Source: Naegleria gruberi (Eukaryota). From it: DNA of 64,000 nt. The DNA lies in assembly GCA_000004985.1 (NCBI GenBank), contig GG738921.1. One strand, given 5' to 3'. The position numbers and the translations under genes are program-made. Of this stretch, positions 37,201-49,172 are shown one piece after another (position 1 is the stretch's first letter; every line of letters begins with the position of its first letter). The notes beneath the pieces were generated by a model. That model was not told the origin of the DNA and did no database searches. It saw nothing but the letters and a program-made list of their open reading frames with translations.

Positions 37201-37709
37201 ATCACATAATAAAAAGTATTAGTATTGGTAGTATTAGTAGTGGTATTAGAAAAGGAAAATGGCAAATATATAGAGTGTCATGAAAAAAACAATGTAGAAT
37301 GCAACAACAACAATAATAAAACATTTCAAGTAACATAAGATAAGCATAAACATAAAAATAACTCATAACATACCTTACCAGCACCAGATTCACCTGAAAT
37401 GATAACACACTGTGAATCACCATTATTCTTCATGTTTTTGTAAGCAGTTTCAGCAAGAGCATAAACGTGTGGAGGTTCTTCATATGGATACTTTCCATTG
37501 TATTGATCAATGAAATTTTGATCAAAAATAGGAATTTGTTTGAAAGGATTGACAGAAATCAAGACATTTCCAATGTAGGTATAAATCACATCCGAACCAT
37601 GTCTCTTTTTAAGATTTTCCATAACTTCATTCTCTGATAATTTTGGTAAGAGGACCATGTCATCAATACCAGCTTGTTTTTGTTTGGCTTTCTTTGCGTT
37701 AAATGCCAT
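34264..37709 (-). CDS. Long-tailed class I myosin (motor + TH1 + Pro-rich + C-terminal SH3), 3 exons
   Basis: Exon 1 is 37709..37374 (MAFNAKKAK...GESGAGK, P-loop). A 188-nt intron follows. Exon 2 is 37185..37009 ([18 protein letters not shown]...[14 protein letters not shown], switch I). A 144-nt intron follows. Exon 3 is 36864..34264 ([38 protein letters not shown] ... SH3 [36 protein letters not shown]). All junctions are GTATGT..AG and in frame (1037 aa). Confidence 0.9.
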
Positions 37710-38426
37710 TTTTTACAATTTAAATATTTAATATAATATAATAGTGGAGAGGAAAGTAGAGTGATGATTGTTTTTTCACAAAAATCGGCTAGGGTTTGTT
37801 TAACTCGCTCTGCTGTATTCAACTCTCTCGAGAATTTTTTTTTTGATGGGTTTAACAATTTGACGTTCTCACTTTGAAAGTTGACGTGATTCTCGTACAG
37901 TTTGAATCGCAGTGATGATCTATCACTCGTTTGTGGTAAGACAATTTGCAAACATTTGAAAAAATAGACATTTTATTGATAATTTCTAAAGTTGTTAATA
38001 TAGATTACAATACATGTTAAATATTTTCAATATCTGGTTTTTGTTTAATTGAGAAAACTTGTTAGATTTAATGTTTTTAATAACAATTTCAATTAAAAAC
38101 GGCATTATAATAATGAAAAGTGAGATTCAAGTAAAAAATATTGATTTGTGATTGGTGTGACAGGTTTGACGATCTTGCTCTTTCCTTTTGCAATGAAAAA
38201 TTGCTCTTGATTACAATATTACATTCAGTGTTATTATTCATCATATTAAGAGTATCTCTATTTTAACAAGAATCAGTTAATGATTTTCCTTAATTTCTTT
38301 GTTGTTAACCATCTCATTTGATAAGTTGAGGGAATGTACTCATTGCATAAGTAAAATGAAAGAATTGAGATCCAATGTATGCATCAATCATGATGGATGA
38401 GGGATCAATACTATTGAAAGCACATC

Positions 38427-39529
38427 CTATTGAAAAATAATACTTTCAGAAAGGAAGGGCATTTCTTCAACACTCTTCTTCAGTGAAAACTCTTCATCCT
38501 TTCCTCCATATGTGAATACTCCAATAAAATTATTGTTATAACCAATCACTCGAATTGTTTCCCACATTTTAACAAGTTGATGTTCAATAAAAAGGTCAAA
38601 TTCAAACATTTGTTCAATTTGCTTATTTCTGCAATGAGGAGATGGAAGGATATTTTCTCTAATTGCCATCAATTCAACATTTGTATATTTCTTCTTTAGA
38701 GATGTAATAGTTTCACCTTTAATCTTCTTTGACAATAATCCAAAATCAATTTTTTCTTTAAATTCTTTCAAAACAGTTTCAAAAGACACCCCATTCGATG
38801 AATTGACGAATGAGGCCATATAACTATGCGATGAATCATTTGAACTTGTCATTGAAAATTCCTTAGGAAGACAATATTCACACTTTTTAAAAGGTTTAAA
38901 GATTTTAAAGTCTTCCTCATGAATTCCTTGAGTTTCATCTTTACCAATAATGATTTTTACAAACAAGATACCAGCAGCCTTTTTTCCATCTCTTAGAGGT
39001 AACATTTCTTCGTATTCCTTACCATACTCCAATTCTTCCGATTTAAGAGTCCAAGATGTACTTCCCAGAAAATCCTTAATACAACAATTGATATAGTAAA
39101 TAAGTAATAATAATAATATTATTAAATTTGATTCAATTAATACAAACAAATTATGAACTTACATCTTTTGAGAATCGATCGTAATCATAAACTTCAAAAA
39201 TCACTTCAATTCCCTTGTGCTGCCTATCTAAACAATCAAGGGAATGGAACGTCTTACTTTCATTCCATGAGGGATTTAGATTTTCCATCACTACGGAAGT
39301 TCTTTGCTCCCAAACCTTGTCTGAATTATTTGGAGGCAATCTTTCCTCTCCGACTGATCGTAATTTAATCACCACATACTATTTTAAATCAATTCATGTA
39401 TTAATTATTAATTGAAAATTAAAAGCAATAATACATTACAGGGTCCGAAAGATTATTCAGATCTGATGCTTTGAGTCCAGTGGCTTTATATGGAGAAATG
39501 ATGAGAGTATCAATTGATGAGAAGGGCAT
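38427..39529 (-). CDS. C2-domain protein A (N-terminal C2 + conserved C-terminal domain with PSPHCRNK motif), 3 exons
   Basis: The exons are 39529..39440, 39378..39163 and 39074..38427, separated by introns of 61 and 88 nt. The C2 signatures are SDP|YVVIKL, NLNPSWNE and FEVYDYDRFSKD|DFLG. Confidence 0.7.
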
Positions 39530-39659
39530 GATTGTTCTATTTTTTATAATGTTTGTATCAATTAGCGCCAATAAGTTAGAATTCTATTAAAGGAAAAACA
39601 AACAATACAAAAAGAAATCATGATGATTTCGATTGATTTTATTGTTATAGTGTGTAAAT

Positions 39660-40809
39660 CTAGAGAAAGAGGGTATTTTCTGAAACTCTGGCAACTTCAG
39701 CTTCACCCATTCTCAAAATACTATGAAGTGCATCTTGTGGTTCAATATAAATGTATAGTCCTAGTTTTCCATTTGAATGAGAAACAATACGGAAAGTTCC
39801 CCACATCCTTATTCCTCCCTTCTTTTCAAGTAAGAGAATGTACTCCATAATATTGGTAATTAATTTGTTTCTACAATGAGGATCTGGGTTAACATGTTCA
39901 TTCTTACTCTTAACTTCCACCTTGGAGTATTCCTTTTTCATGTCACTAATCTTTTGGTCACTCACTTGCTTGGCAATATCTGCAAACTTGGCATTGCTAT
40001 CGAATGGAATAAACTTGGTCAATAATACTTCAGCTCTCTTCATATCTGCAAAAACTGCATTATGCGCATCGGTTTCTTCACTTGAAGAGATGAGAGAAAA
40101 TTGTCTTGGGGTACAAATTTCAGCAAAACCAGATTGGAATGGGGAAATAAAGTTAAATTCCTTATCAACTCTATCTTGTTCATAACTCCAAATCTTGTAA
40201 CTGATATACAGTGTTCCCGATTTACAATCAGTTAATTCAAGGACCTCTGAATATTCCCTATCATGCTCAAGTTTATCACCATCAAGTAGAATTTCAGCTT
40301 GTCCAATAGGATCCTTTCAAAATGATGGATTGATGAATACATTTGAATTTAACACTTACATCCTTAGACAATAAATCCCAATCATAAACTTCAAACTTTA
40401 ACTTGATTCCCAAGCCAGTGTCAAGATACAATAAACTGTGGAATGTTTTATCCTCATTCCATTCGGGATTTAAGGTCTTTTTTTTGACGCTTGTTTTTTG
40501 TCTCCATTCCTTAGCTGTTTCCTTCATTATATCGTCAAATCTTTCATCATCAATGGCTGATTTTGCTTGTACAATCACATACTATTACAAGTCAATAAAC
40601 CAATACTAATTAACAATCACTTACAGGATCCTTTGGAAAGAGTCAATACATCAATCGAATAATAAATTCACTTACAGAAAATCCATTAAGATCAGCCTAT
40701 TACGATAATTAAGATGAATTGATAGCACCAATAAGAGTCAACCTACAGCCTCAAGATTTTTTGCGTGCTTGATTGTCACGGTTAATGTATCCATAGCTCT
40801 GAAAGGCAT
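39660..40809 (-). CDS. C2-domain protein B, tandem paralogue of A; 5 exons including a candidate 6-nt micro-exon (40625..40630) and a 1-nt frame problem in a T5 run
   Basis: The exons are 40809..40747 (MPFRAMDTLTVTIKHAKNLEA), 40697..40676 (ADLNGFF/S), 40630..40625 (GATCCT = DP), 40581..40360 (YVIVQAKS...NPEWNE...FEVYDWDLLSKD) and 40313..39660 (DPIGQAEILL...PDPHCRNK...). The introns are 49, 45, 43 and 46 nt. Confidence 0.6.
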
Positions 40810-41121
40810 CTTTAAATTATGTTTGATAAAAATCTAGTAGCAATTGTTGAATCAGTGAAAATGAACACTTGATTGTTTGTTATTTTTTCTGTATTGCTTT
40901 TTGCTTGCTTAATATTGTTATTTACTTTTCAAATCCCATAGTACCTTATTAAAAGTTGTTAGGGACATGAAATTACCATTTCGGGAACGGTTTTTATATA
41001 ATGCCGAAAACCTAAACACCTTAATAGAGTATAACAATAATTTAAAGGTGGGTACTAGCAAAATATCAACAGATTTTTAATCAAGAGTGACTTCACTAGT
41101 TTATTACAACAAATGTTCAAT

Positions 41122-41866
41122 TTAAGCTGTAGTAGTGGTGTTTGAAGCAACTACTGGAGTAACAACAGTTTCAGTCTTCTTGGCCTTCTTAGATCCCTTC
41201 TTGACCTTCTTAACCTTCTTAGCACCCTTCTTAGCAGTCTTTTTTACCTTCTTAGCACCCTTCTTTGTACCCTTCTTGACCTTCTTGGCACCTTTCTTAG
41301 TGGACTTCTTAACCTTCTTAGCCTTCTTAGATCCCTTCTTGGCACCCTTCTTGACCTTCTTAACCTTCTTAGCAGTCTTCTTTGCCTTCTTAGTACCCTT
41401 CTTGGCAGATCTAACAGTCTTCTTTGCCTTCTTAGCACCCTTCTTGGTGGACTTCTTTGGTGTTTTCTTGACAGATCTTACAGTAGTCTTGGTGGACTTC
41501 TTGGCAACCTTCTTAACACCAGTTTTCTTTGGAGTCTTCTTTACAGATCTAACAGCAGTCTTCTTTGGGGAAGCCTTCTTGGTTGCCCTCTTTGTTGTTC
41601 TCTTGACAGATCTAACGGCCTTTGGCTTCTTTGGAGCAGCAACTCTAGTGGAGTTTCTTTGACTAAGAGTCTTGATAACGGTAGGTGGCTTCTTAGCTCT
41701 TGTGGTTTTAGTGGCTCTAACACCTCTAATTTTAGCCTTAGCCTCAGTCTTCCAATTGATAAGAATAAAAGCAACAATTAAAATTAGTACGTACAGCCAT
41801 AGTCATGCCGGCAACACAGGCCAACAAGGCAATCAAACACAATGTAAGGAAAAGCTTAGCACTCAT
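41122..41866 (-). CDS. Secreted poly-lysine/alanine repeat protein (signal peptide + ~200 aa of AKKGAKKVKK-type repeats), 2 exons
   Basis: Exon 1 is 41866..41795 (MSAKLFLTLCLIALLACVAGMTMA). A 46-nt GTACGT..GGAAG intron lies at 41749..41794. Exon 2 is 41748..41122 and is open to TAA. Lys is encoded almost exclusively by AAG, with GCT/GTT/ACT/GGT/AGA bias (a highly-expressed-gene codon pattern). The listed + strand ORF 41135..41662 is its antisense (FLAFLDPFL repeats). Confidence 0.55.
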
Positions 41867-42517
41867 GATTAATGTTGTTCGGTAATTTTTTTTGATGATG
41901 AAAACATACCTCAATCAAAACCGCTTTTTAAAAACTGAGGGACTGTAATCACATTACAGATGAAGTATGCACAACACACTAATACTGATACTCGCCTAAG
42001 GTTAGTGGATAACAATGGGTGGAAAAACAGGATCAGTGTTTGGTAGGTGAATGAAGTAACTTGAGTTTTGTTTTAACTTACGTTGTAATCTATGGAGAGA
42101 CTGTATGTGTAGAAACAGTTAGTAGTAAAATTGAGCAAATTGGGTAATGGAATGTTGTATCGGCGACAATGTGTTTAATTTTATTGAAATAATTGTGGAA
42201 TGTGGATTGTACATCAAAGAGAAAAGTCTTTGAAAATCATTACTGAACTTTGATAGATTCTTATATTCATAATTTTTTAATATTGACATTCACAAAAGAG
42301 AGATAAACAAAATAAAGATGAAATTCATATCTTTATTTGAAATGTTACTAAATAGTTAGTAGAGAGGTTATTAAACAAGCTTTATCTGTCAGTTTTCCTC
42401 CCAATTAATAGTTGTTTAGAGATATGAACAATTTCTCTCTTGTTAATCGAGGAAAATAAGTTTGCCCATAAAGAGCGGTGAGTTGAGCTTTGTTTATTTT
42501 CAAAAAGAAAAAAAAAC

Positions 42518-42925
42518 ATGTTCAAGATCTCATTCGTCGAGTTTTCAACACCTCAAACAATTAAATCAGCCTTATCTTGTGAGGTCAAGAATAAGAACAA
42601 CAATTCTCCAAAGAAACGAGGACGACCACCAAAGAAGAAACAACAGGAAAGAGATTCAAAAGTTGTCACATCCTCAGAATCAATGAAAGATGCTCAAAAG
42701 AATGATGTAAATCATCCTGCTGTGATCTTGACCGAATGTAAGAAGAGGAAATTGGAGAATGTTTGTGAGCAATACAGAACTCCTCCATTGGTGGTTTCTC
42801 CTCCTTCACTGCATGTTGAGGAGGATTCTAATACTCAAGCAACAACAACAACATTAGCAAGGAATAGAAAAATTATAAGAACCTCAATATCGCTTAAAGA
42901 AATATTGAATTATAATGGACAACAA
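42518..42925 (+). CDS. AT-hook protein family member 1 (3' end in gap)
   Basis: It opens MFKISFVEFS, carries the AT-hook PKKRGRPPKKK, and then has RKIIRTSISLKEILN before N's at 42926. Confidence 0.5.
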
Positions 42926-42978
42926 NNNNNNNNNNNNNNNNNNNNNNNNNNNNNNNNNNNNNNNNNNNNNNNNNNAAA

Positions 42979-43486
42979 GATGTACATTAACAAATTCTCT
43001 ATTGTTGACTTTACTCCTGCTCAGAATATTCAAACAAAAACTACTGATTTACCAAAGAAGAGAGGTAGACCACCTAAGAATTCACCACATGCAAACAAAT
43101 CAATGTTTATTAGGTCAACTGAGACAATGCCAATGAGGTATGAATTGACGAATAGAATGACAGACCAATTCAAGAAGGATAAACGAAGAAGAAGGGAAAA
43201 GAAAGCATGTAATAGTCCAAACACATCTAATTGCTCCACATCTAGTAGTACATCATCTTTGACTATTGTGCAAGAATTGAATAATTGTTTAGTTTCAGAC
43301 ACATTAGTTTCGTCTCTTCCAACAACGCATGCATCCACTCCTCAATCTAATATCACTACCACTAACGACAATACAACAACACATCTAGAATCCAATCTTA
43401 TCACCTCCAACAATAACAACACATCCAATTATAAACCTCCAAGAAAGATAAGATATTCGATATCCATCCAAGAATTATTAAATTGA
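42979..43486 (+). CDS. AT-hook protein family member 2
   Basis: The N-terminus is MYINKFSIVDFTP, the AT-hook is LPKKRGRPPKNSP, and the C-terminus is PPRKIRYSISIQELLN*. Confidence 0.55.
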
Positions 43487-44081
43487 AACTATTCCAATAT
43501 TAATACTAATTAGATGTAATATTTCAAAAAGATGCGTTTTGGAAAGGTAGATGCTTTTTTACGCGATTTCCTTTCAGTAGCTATCACACATGTGTTTCGA
43601 ATCGTTTCGAATAATAGTGCAGAGGACAAATAAATCACCTCTTTCATTATCACTCACAATACAAAATACATGCATGTGTCATCTTCTTGTTGGTCCTTTT
43701 ATCAACAGAAAGTACATGAGAATCGAATAGATGAAGAGGTTTAGTTTGTGAAGGATGTGTGAAATAATTTTTTTAATAAATCAAATTCTACTAACTGTGG
43801 ATTCTTTAGCACTACTAGCACAAATTACGGAGACCAATCTTCAATTAGTTTCTCACCTTGCCGCCTTTCTAATTTTGTCCTTTAGCCAATTCAAGAATGT
43901 TAAAAGTTTTTCGTTGAGGGGATTCTTATCAAGGGTTCTCTCCTTAGTAATACTGTACAATACAATGCCAGCTACAAGAATAAATAAGCTCTCAATATCA
44001 AGGTTCGATAATTTTTGTTGGAAAGCAGGTCCAGCAATAAATCTTTAAAAAAATCAATTATTCGAAAGTAAACTAAATTAC

Positions 44082-45274
44082 TTACGGAATCATAAAGAAG
44101 AGATTGGACATTACCAAACGAGAAGTTAGAGCAATCATGGCCAAAGTTGAAGATCCATGCTTGAAAACAACCAATTGAGTAACATTAAATAAAACATTGA
44201 AAACTTCAAATAAAATTGCAACCCAATAAACTCCATCACAAATGTCACCCTTCAAAGAATTCATTCCAACAACACATTTCAATGAATATAACATGTAATT
44301 AGGTAGGTCAGAAGCAGATTTCACAATACTATTTGGATTCCAAGGAATTAATAAAAATGGAATGAAAAATAAAATTCCAAATAATAATTGAAATAATTCA
44401 ATCCATGCGACCATATAGAAAACATCTAATTTCTCCTTTTTTAGATAATGTTCAATGTAAACATTGGCAATGGCTTGGAAAAATGTGGAAATTAATAGAA
44501 CGAGAGCCCAAATCCATTCTGTTGAGCTAGTTCCAGACCTTCCTGAAAGAAATAAAGGCAAAACATTTAAAATTACTCCAATGATTACAATAAAAGTTCC
44601 TCCAAATTGTAGAATATTATATCTCACCGATAAGAATATCATGGAAACGAGCATATTATTGATGATAATGGTTTGATTCATTGCCACGTTTACACTACCT
44701 GAAACATTTGATGAGGCAATGACCAATATCAAGTTTGCTAAATTCGTTAAAAATCCCATAATTACAAACTATTCCAATAATTGATTAGAAACATTCCTCC
44801 CATTTGAAAACATACTCTATAAACAGGAAATTTTCTCATTTCCTTTGTAACACTCCTAGTTCCAAACATTTTAAACCAAGCAATTGGCCAATAAACAATA
44901 TTTGACATGGTTGGAATTAAAATCGATGACAGGAAATATCCATAATGTTTCATTTGTGTTGACAATCTAACAATCAGAACAAAATTAATAGATCTAGAGA
45001 AGGCCATCACCAAAACCACCAAACACAAGGCCCCAAACACAACATACTTGTTGGTGTGAAGGAAATTCCTCACAGCACCTAAATTCCTTCGGAATGTTGA
45101 AGTTGTGTGAATTTGCATCTCACAATTATTGACATTTCCTTGAACAGAATTCTGATAACCAGGATCCTGAACCTCAACATGAAGACCTTGTTGCAGTTGT
45201 GAATTATTGTCGTTATGTAGTGATGGAACAATCAAGGGCACATGTTCATCATCTTTTCGTGCCATTTTTTTCAC
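44082..45274 (-). CDS. CRT-like (chloroquine-resistance-transporter family, DMT superfamily) membrane transporter, 2 exons
   Basis: The exons are 45274..44816 and 44768..44082, with a 47-nt GTATGT..GGAATAG intron at 44769..44815. The protein has multiple TM segments, including NVYIEHYLKKEKLDVFYMVAWIELFQLLFGILFFIPFLLIPW. Confidence 0.65.
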
Positions 45275-45726
45275 ATCAGGAAAAATTGTCGTTTTTCTTA
45301 AGGTTCACAAGGAGTCTAGTTATGTTTTGGAAACAAGTATTGAATTTAAATTAGCCGGCTCCAGTTATGACTCATTATTTTGTTATGACTTTACGAAGAT
45401 AATTATTGGCAAAGAGAAAGATCACTCAAGAAAACAAACCATTCTATCATCAAATGAAAAGTGAGAACACTTTCAAACTGAATGAAGGAGGGCTTCTATT
45501 AATCAACTTATTTCATATAACCAACAAGAACAAAAGAGGAAATGTGTCCACTGTTTTAAAATGACTACACATGGACAAGTGTCCCCGACCTAATAATAAT
45601 TATGAACAAAATTTCTTCCTTTTCTGAAGCGATTTTCAAAGTCCATAGGCTAAAACCCAAAAGACTTCAGACCTACAGCCAATTTTAAAGATTAATTCAT
45701 ATAATATTTATGATTAAGAATGGATA

Positions 45727-46500
45727 GTGAGAGCATTTTATCACTATTCACAAATAAAAAATTAATTACACAAATTTTTTGTGAATATTTGTGGTAAAAT
45801 ATTTTCACAAATTTGTGTTTGTGTTTGTGTAGACAGGCCATTTTATCTTGCACAAATACATATTTTTATTAAAATTATTCCAACTAATGTCTATCTCAAT
45901 AGAAGGTATAAGTTGAAATCAGAAAGTAATTTCTACAATATGTTGATTCGAATGTAATGTATCCTAATTTAATTAGTGATGATGGAGTTGGTTCTGGTGG
46001 TGCGGAATCAATGAAAGCATGCTCCAAAAACAAACTGTTTTGTTCCAAATATTTAATTATTCCATCTGTTACTGCTTTCCCTCTTTATTTCACTTGAATC
46101 TTGGGTTGTTGGTGGTGTTGATGTTGGTTTCTCTGATGAAGGTTCTTCTTACATTTTTTAATATTTAATTAATAAAAAATGTATTAAACTTCTCCTTCAT
46201 CAAACGGGAGAAGAAATCAGCAACCATTAGAACCCGATTCATGTCCAATTCTTGCAACAACAATATTGATATCGGATCACATATTTCAAGATCAACGACG
46301 AATGAACTTTTACTACTAGATTCAAAGAAAACAACCTAAGATTCAAGACCAACAATAATTTATTATTTTAATAAAATACTTTTGTGTTTTCACAAATATT
46401 TGTGCAAGATAAAATGGTCTGTCTACACAAACACAAATCACAAATTTTTAAATCTGTGTAATTAATTTTTATTTGTGTTTAGAGATAAAATGCTCTCAGT
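45727..46500. mobile_element. Non-autonomous TIR DNA transposon (MITE-like), ~775 bp with ~120-bp terminal inverted repeats
   Basis: The left arm at 45727..~45850 is GTGAGAGCATTTTATCACTATTCACAAATAAAAAATTAATTACACAAATTTTTTGTG...GTGTTTGTGTTTGTGTAGACAGGCCATTTTATCTTGCACAAATA. It is the near-perfect reverse complement of the right arm at ~46375..46500, with a handful of mismatches. The ~520-bp internal region has no long ORF. Confidence 0.6.
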
Positions 46501-47311
46501 GTCCTGTTATTATGAAAGTTGCAGTTTGCCATGAAATCTATTGTAACAAATAAAGACCACTCAACAAGCAATCATTTGACACTTCTGTAATACATAAAAG
46601 AGCACAAATTATGAAAATCCTAAAATCACAGATACTATCATGTTCCTGTTAGCAATGAATTGTATAACTCAATTTGAGGACATATTTCAATCAATAATAA
46701 TATTCTCCATATTGAACTGTTTTTAGCCTTGTCATGCTAGTTGTGTTTCATATTCCTCTCCAATTTCATTAAGAACAGTTTTAGCACAGTACTATTATAT
46801 TGACACTCCCATTGTCAGATAAGGCGACAAAACCCTTTTCTGCCTTAATACTCCCTTCCCTCATTCAAGTGGGTAAATCTGAAATTTCTGCTGACTTTTG
46901 GAAGGCGGTTATTGACGCTAAGGAGCTTTGTGTGTAAACATGTAAAGTATTTTCAAATAAAGAAGTCCTCAAATGGAAATTCTGCTGGTTAAATGTGTAT
47001 TTGCGGTTTTAATGCACCCTTATTAAGGCAGTGACAGGAGGCGTATCCAATGGAGGATCACAATTAAATAATGGCACTTTAATTAAATCGTCATATTTGG
47101 CCATCCTTAACATCAGGTACGGGCAGTTAGAGGATACGAAATATTTAAATGTCTGTCCTGCGACACACATCCCCCAATGCTATTAGAGCTTGTGTGTTTG
47201 AATTGGATTAAGAGTAAGCAAAAATCTCTTCATCAACCTTCTCGTTTCACAAAATTTCACACACACACGAAGAGTTATAATTCTTCCATTTTCAATTACA
47301 GAAAAAAAAAT

Positions 47312-47851
47312 ATGTATAGCAAATTCTCAATCGTTCAATTTACAACACTCAGCTATATTCAGCCATCACATCAGGACAGCAACTGCCTGTGTATGGATGT
47401 TTCTTCTTCAAACAATTCAGCTAAAAATCCACTCTCCATTGGTCATAATCATGTTGAACTGATGCCAAAGAAGAGAGGAAGACCTATTAAGAATGAACCA
47501 AAATCCAACACCCAAATGGTAATTACCTCAACAGAAAGTTTGTTATGTCGGTCAATGAGCAATCGTCAAACAAATGTTACAAAGAGACAACACAGAGACA
47601 GTACATGTTGGGAGAGAAGAGTGAAACCAAAACCTGCAACAGTTACATCTCCTTCATCATCAATGGATATGCATACATGTATTAGCAATACTCCTTCAAT
47701 GCTCAATAGCCATACATATAATTACTCACAACCAGCAACAAGTATTCATGTTGAAAGCGAGGAGTTGCCTGCTTCTCCACATGGAACTGTGCAAATCTCC
47801 AAGAAGAGAATAATAAGAAGTTCGATATCAATTAAGGAATTGCTTAATTAA
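47312..47851 (+). CDS. AT-hook protein family member 3
   Basis: The N-terminus is MYSKFSIVQFTT, the AT-hook is MPKKRGRPIKNEP, and the C-terminus is KKRIIRSSISIKELLN*. Confidence 0.55.
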   Translation: MYSKFSIVQFTTLSYIQPSHQDSNCLCMDVSSSNNSAKNPLSIGHNHVELMPKKRGRPIKNEPKSNTQMVITSTESLLCRSMSNRQTNVTKRQHRDSTCWERRVKPKPATVTSPSSSMDMHTCISNTPSMLNSHTYNYSQPATSIHVESEELPASPHGTVQISKKRIIRSSISIKELLN

Positions 47852-48428
47852 GGTTTAGAGCTGTGTAGGATTGATAGGTCAATCCACATCATTCTCTCAA
47901 TTTACAAACCAACATTTAATTGGTCTAGTTCAGGACAAATAATCAAAAGATAGCTAGTTAAGAATTTCTGTAGATCTAATAGTTGATTCAGAATAAAGTA
48001 TTGAATAACGTTCAACATACAAACATGCATGGAAAGTGAGATTTTGAAATGATTAGTTACAGTTGTTGGTATTACAATAGTGGATGGGAGTACTTTTGTT
48101 GATAGGCAAAACTTCAAGTTGCGTTGATGATTTGTGATGGATTGTGACGAGTCAAACCCAACTTCTTATCATTCTCACAAAACTAAACACTTCATTCGAA
48201 AGTTATTTTCTCAACAATTACTTAGCATCGTGTAAGAAAATTTTACAATTTCAATAGCAGAACATTCCCTTTACCCCTTTTCGACGTTTACCAATCTACT
48301 TTTCCCTCTAAACCATTGACATTCACCAATTTCTTAACTGTCATCAAAATACACATCTCATCCATCACCTGATCAAATATTCTGCAAATTTAAAAAAATT
48401 AAAAAAAACAAATCTAATCACCATCATC

Positions 48429-49172
48429 ATGTCATCAGATCAAGTTTACGAAGATTCTTTAACCCCAGAGCAATCTAGAACTTTACGTTATTTCTCTGCT
48501 GCCAAGAGAGGACAAGTTTTGGAAATCCAAGAATTGCTTCAAGAAGATCCAAAGTTTAATACAGGAGCCTTGGATGAATTTGGAAATAATGCATTGGTGA
48601 GTTTTATGATGATGATAATGATTTAATTAACCATTATTATGTGATCTTTTTGTGGTGTATCATTTCCGATCATTGTCTCTCACTGCTGATCAATTATATT
48701 ATTCCTCTCCTATTTATTTGTTCATGATTTTACTTAATTTTGTTTTTTTTTGATTCTTCAACACCAATTAATGTTTTTTTGATCGATGTAAAATGTTTTA
48801 CAATCATGAATACTGCTTTTTCATATGAAATTGAATAATATTTTGATAATAATAATAATATTATTATGTGAGTAGCATTGGGCAGCTGGTGCTGGTCACT
48901 TGGATTGTGTTAAATTCCTTGTTGAAACTGTCAAGTTGTCAATTGATGCTATCAACAAACAAGGTGATACTCCTCTTCACAAGGCAACATGGAGAGGTGC
49001 TTTGGATGTTGTTAAATATCTTGTCGAAAAGGACGCTAAATTAGATGTTGTGAATGGTCAAAAGAAGAGACCAGTCGATTTGGCTCATCACTTGGAAGTC
49101 AAGTCCTATTTACAATCATATGAAGGAGGTGATGATGAAGACGATGAAGATGACGAAGATGAAGATGAATAA
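48429..49172 (+). CDS. Small ankyrin-repeat protein with acidic C-terminal tail, 2 exons (intron 48597..48875)
   Basis: Exon 1 ends ...GNNAL at 48596 (TTG|GTGAGT). Exon 2 opens HWAAGAGHLDCVKFLVE (ANK consensus) after ..TGTGAGTAG, includes GDTPLHKATWRGALDVVKYLVEKDAKLD, and ends in a DDEDDEDDEDEDE tail. Confidence 0.65.

Noticed and set aside
37586-37951. 121-aa minus ORF upstream of and overlapping the myosin start
   Set aside because: It is out of frame with myosin exon 1 and is AT-rich promoter/5'UTR sequence. There is no motif support.
41135-41662. 175-aa + strand ORF with FLAFLDPFLTFL hydrophobic repeats
   Set aside because: It is the mirror image of the minus-strand (AAG)n-rich Lys-repeat coding sequence. 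The minus strand has a start codon, a signal peptide, a consensus intron and strong codon bias. The + ORF is kept open only by repeat periodicity.
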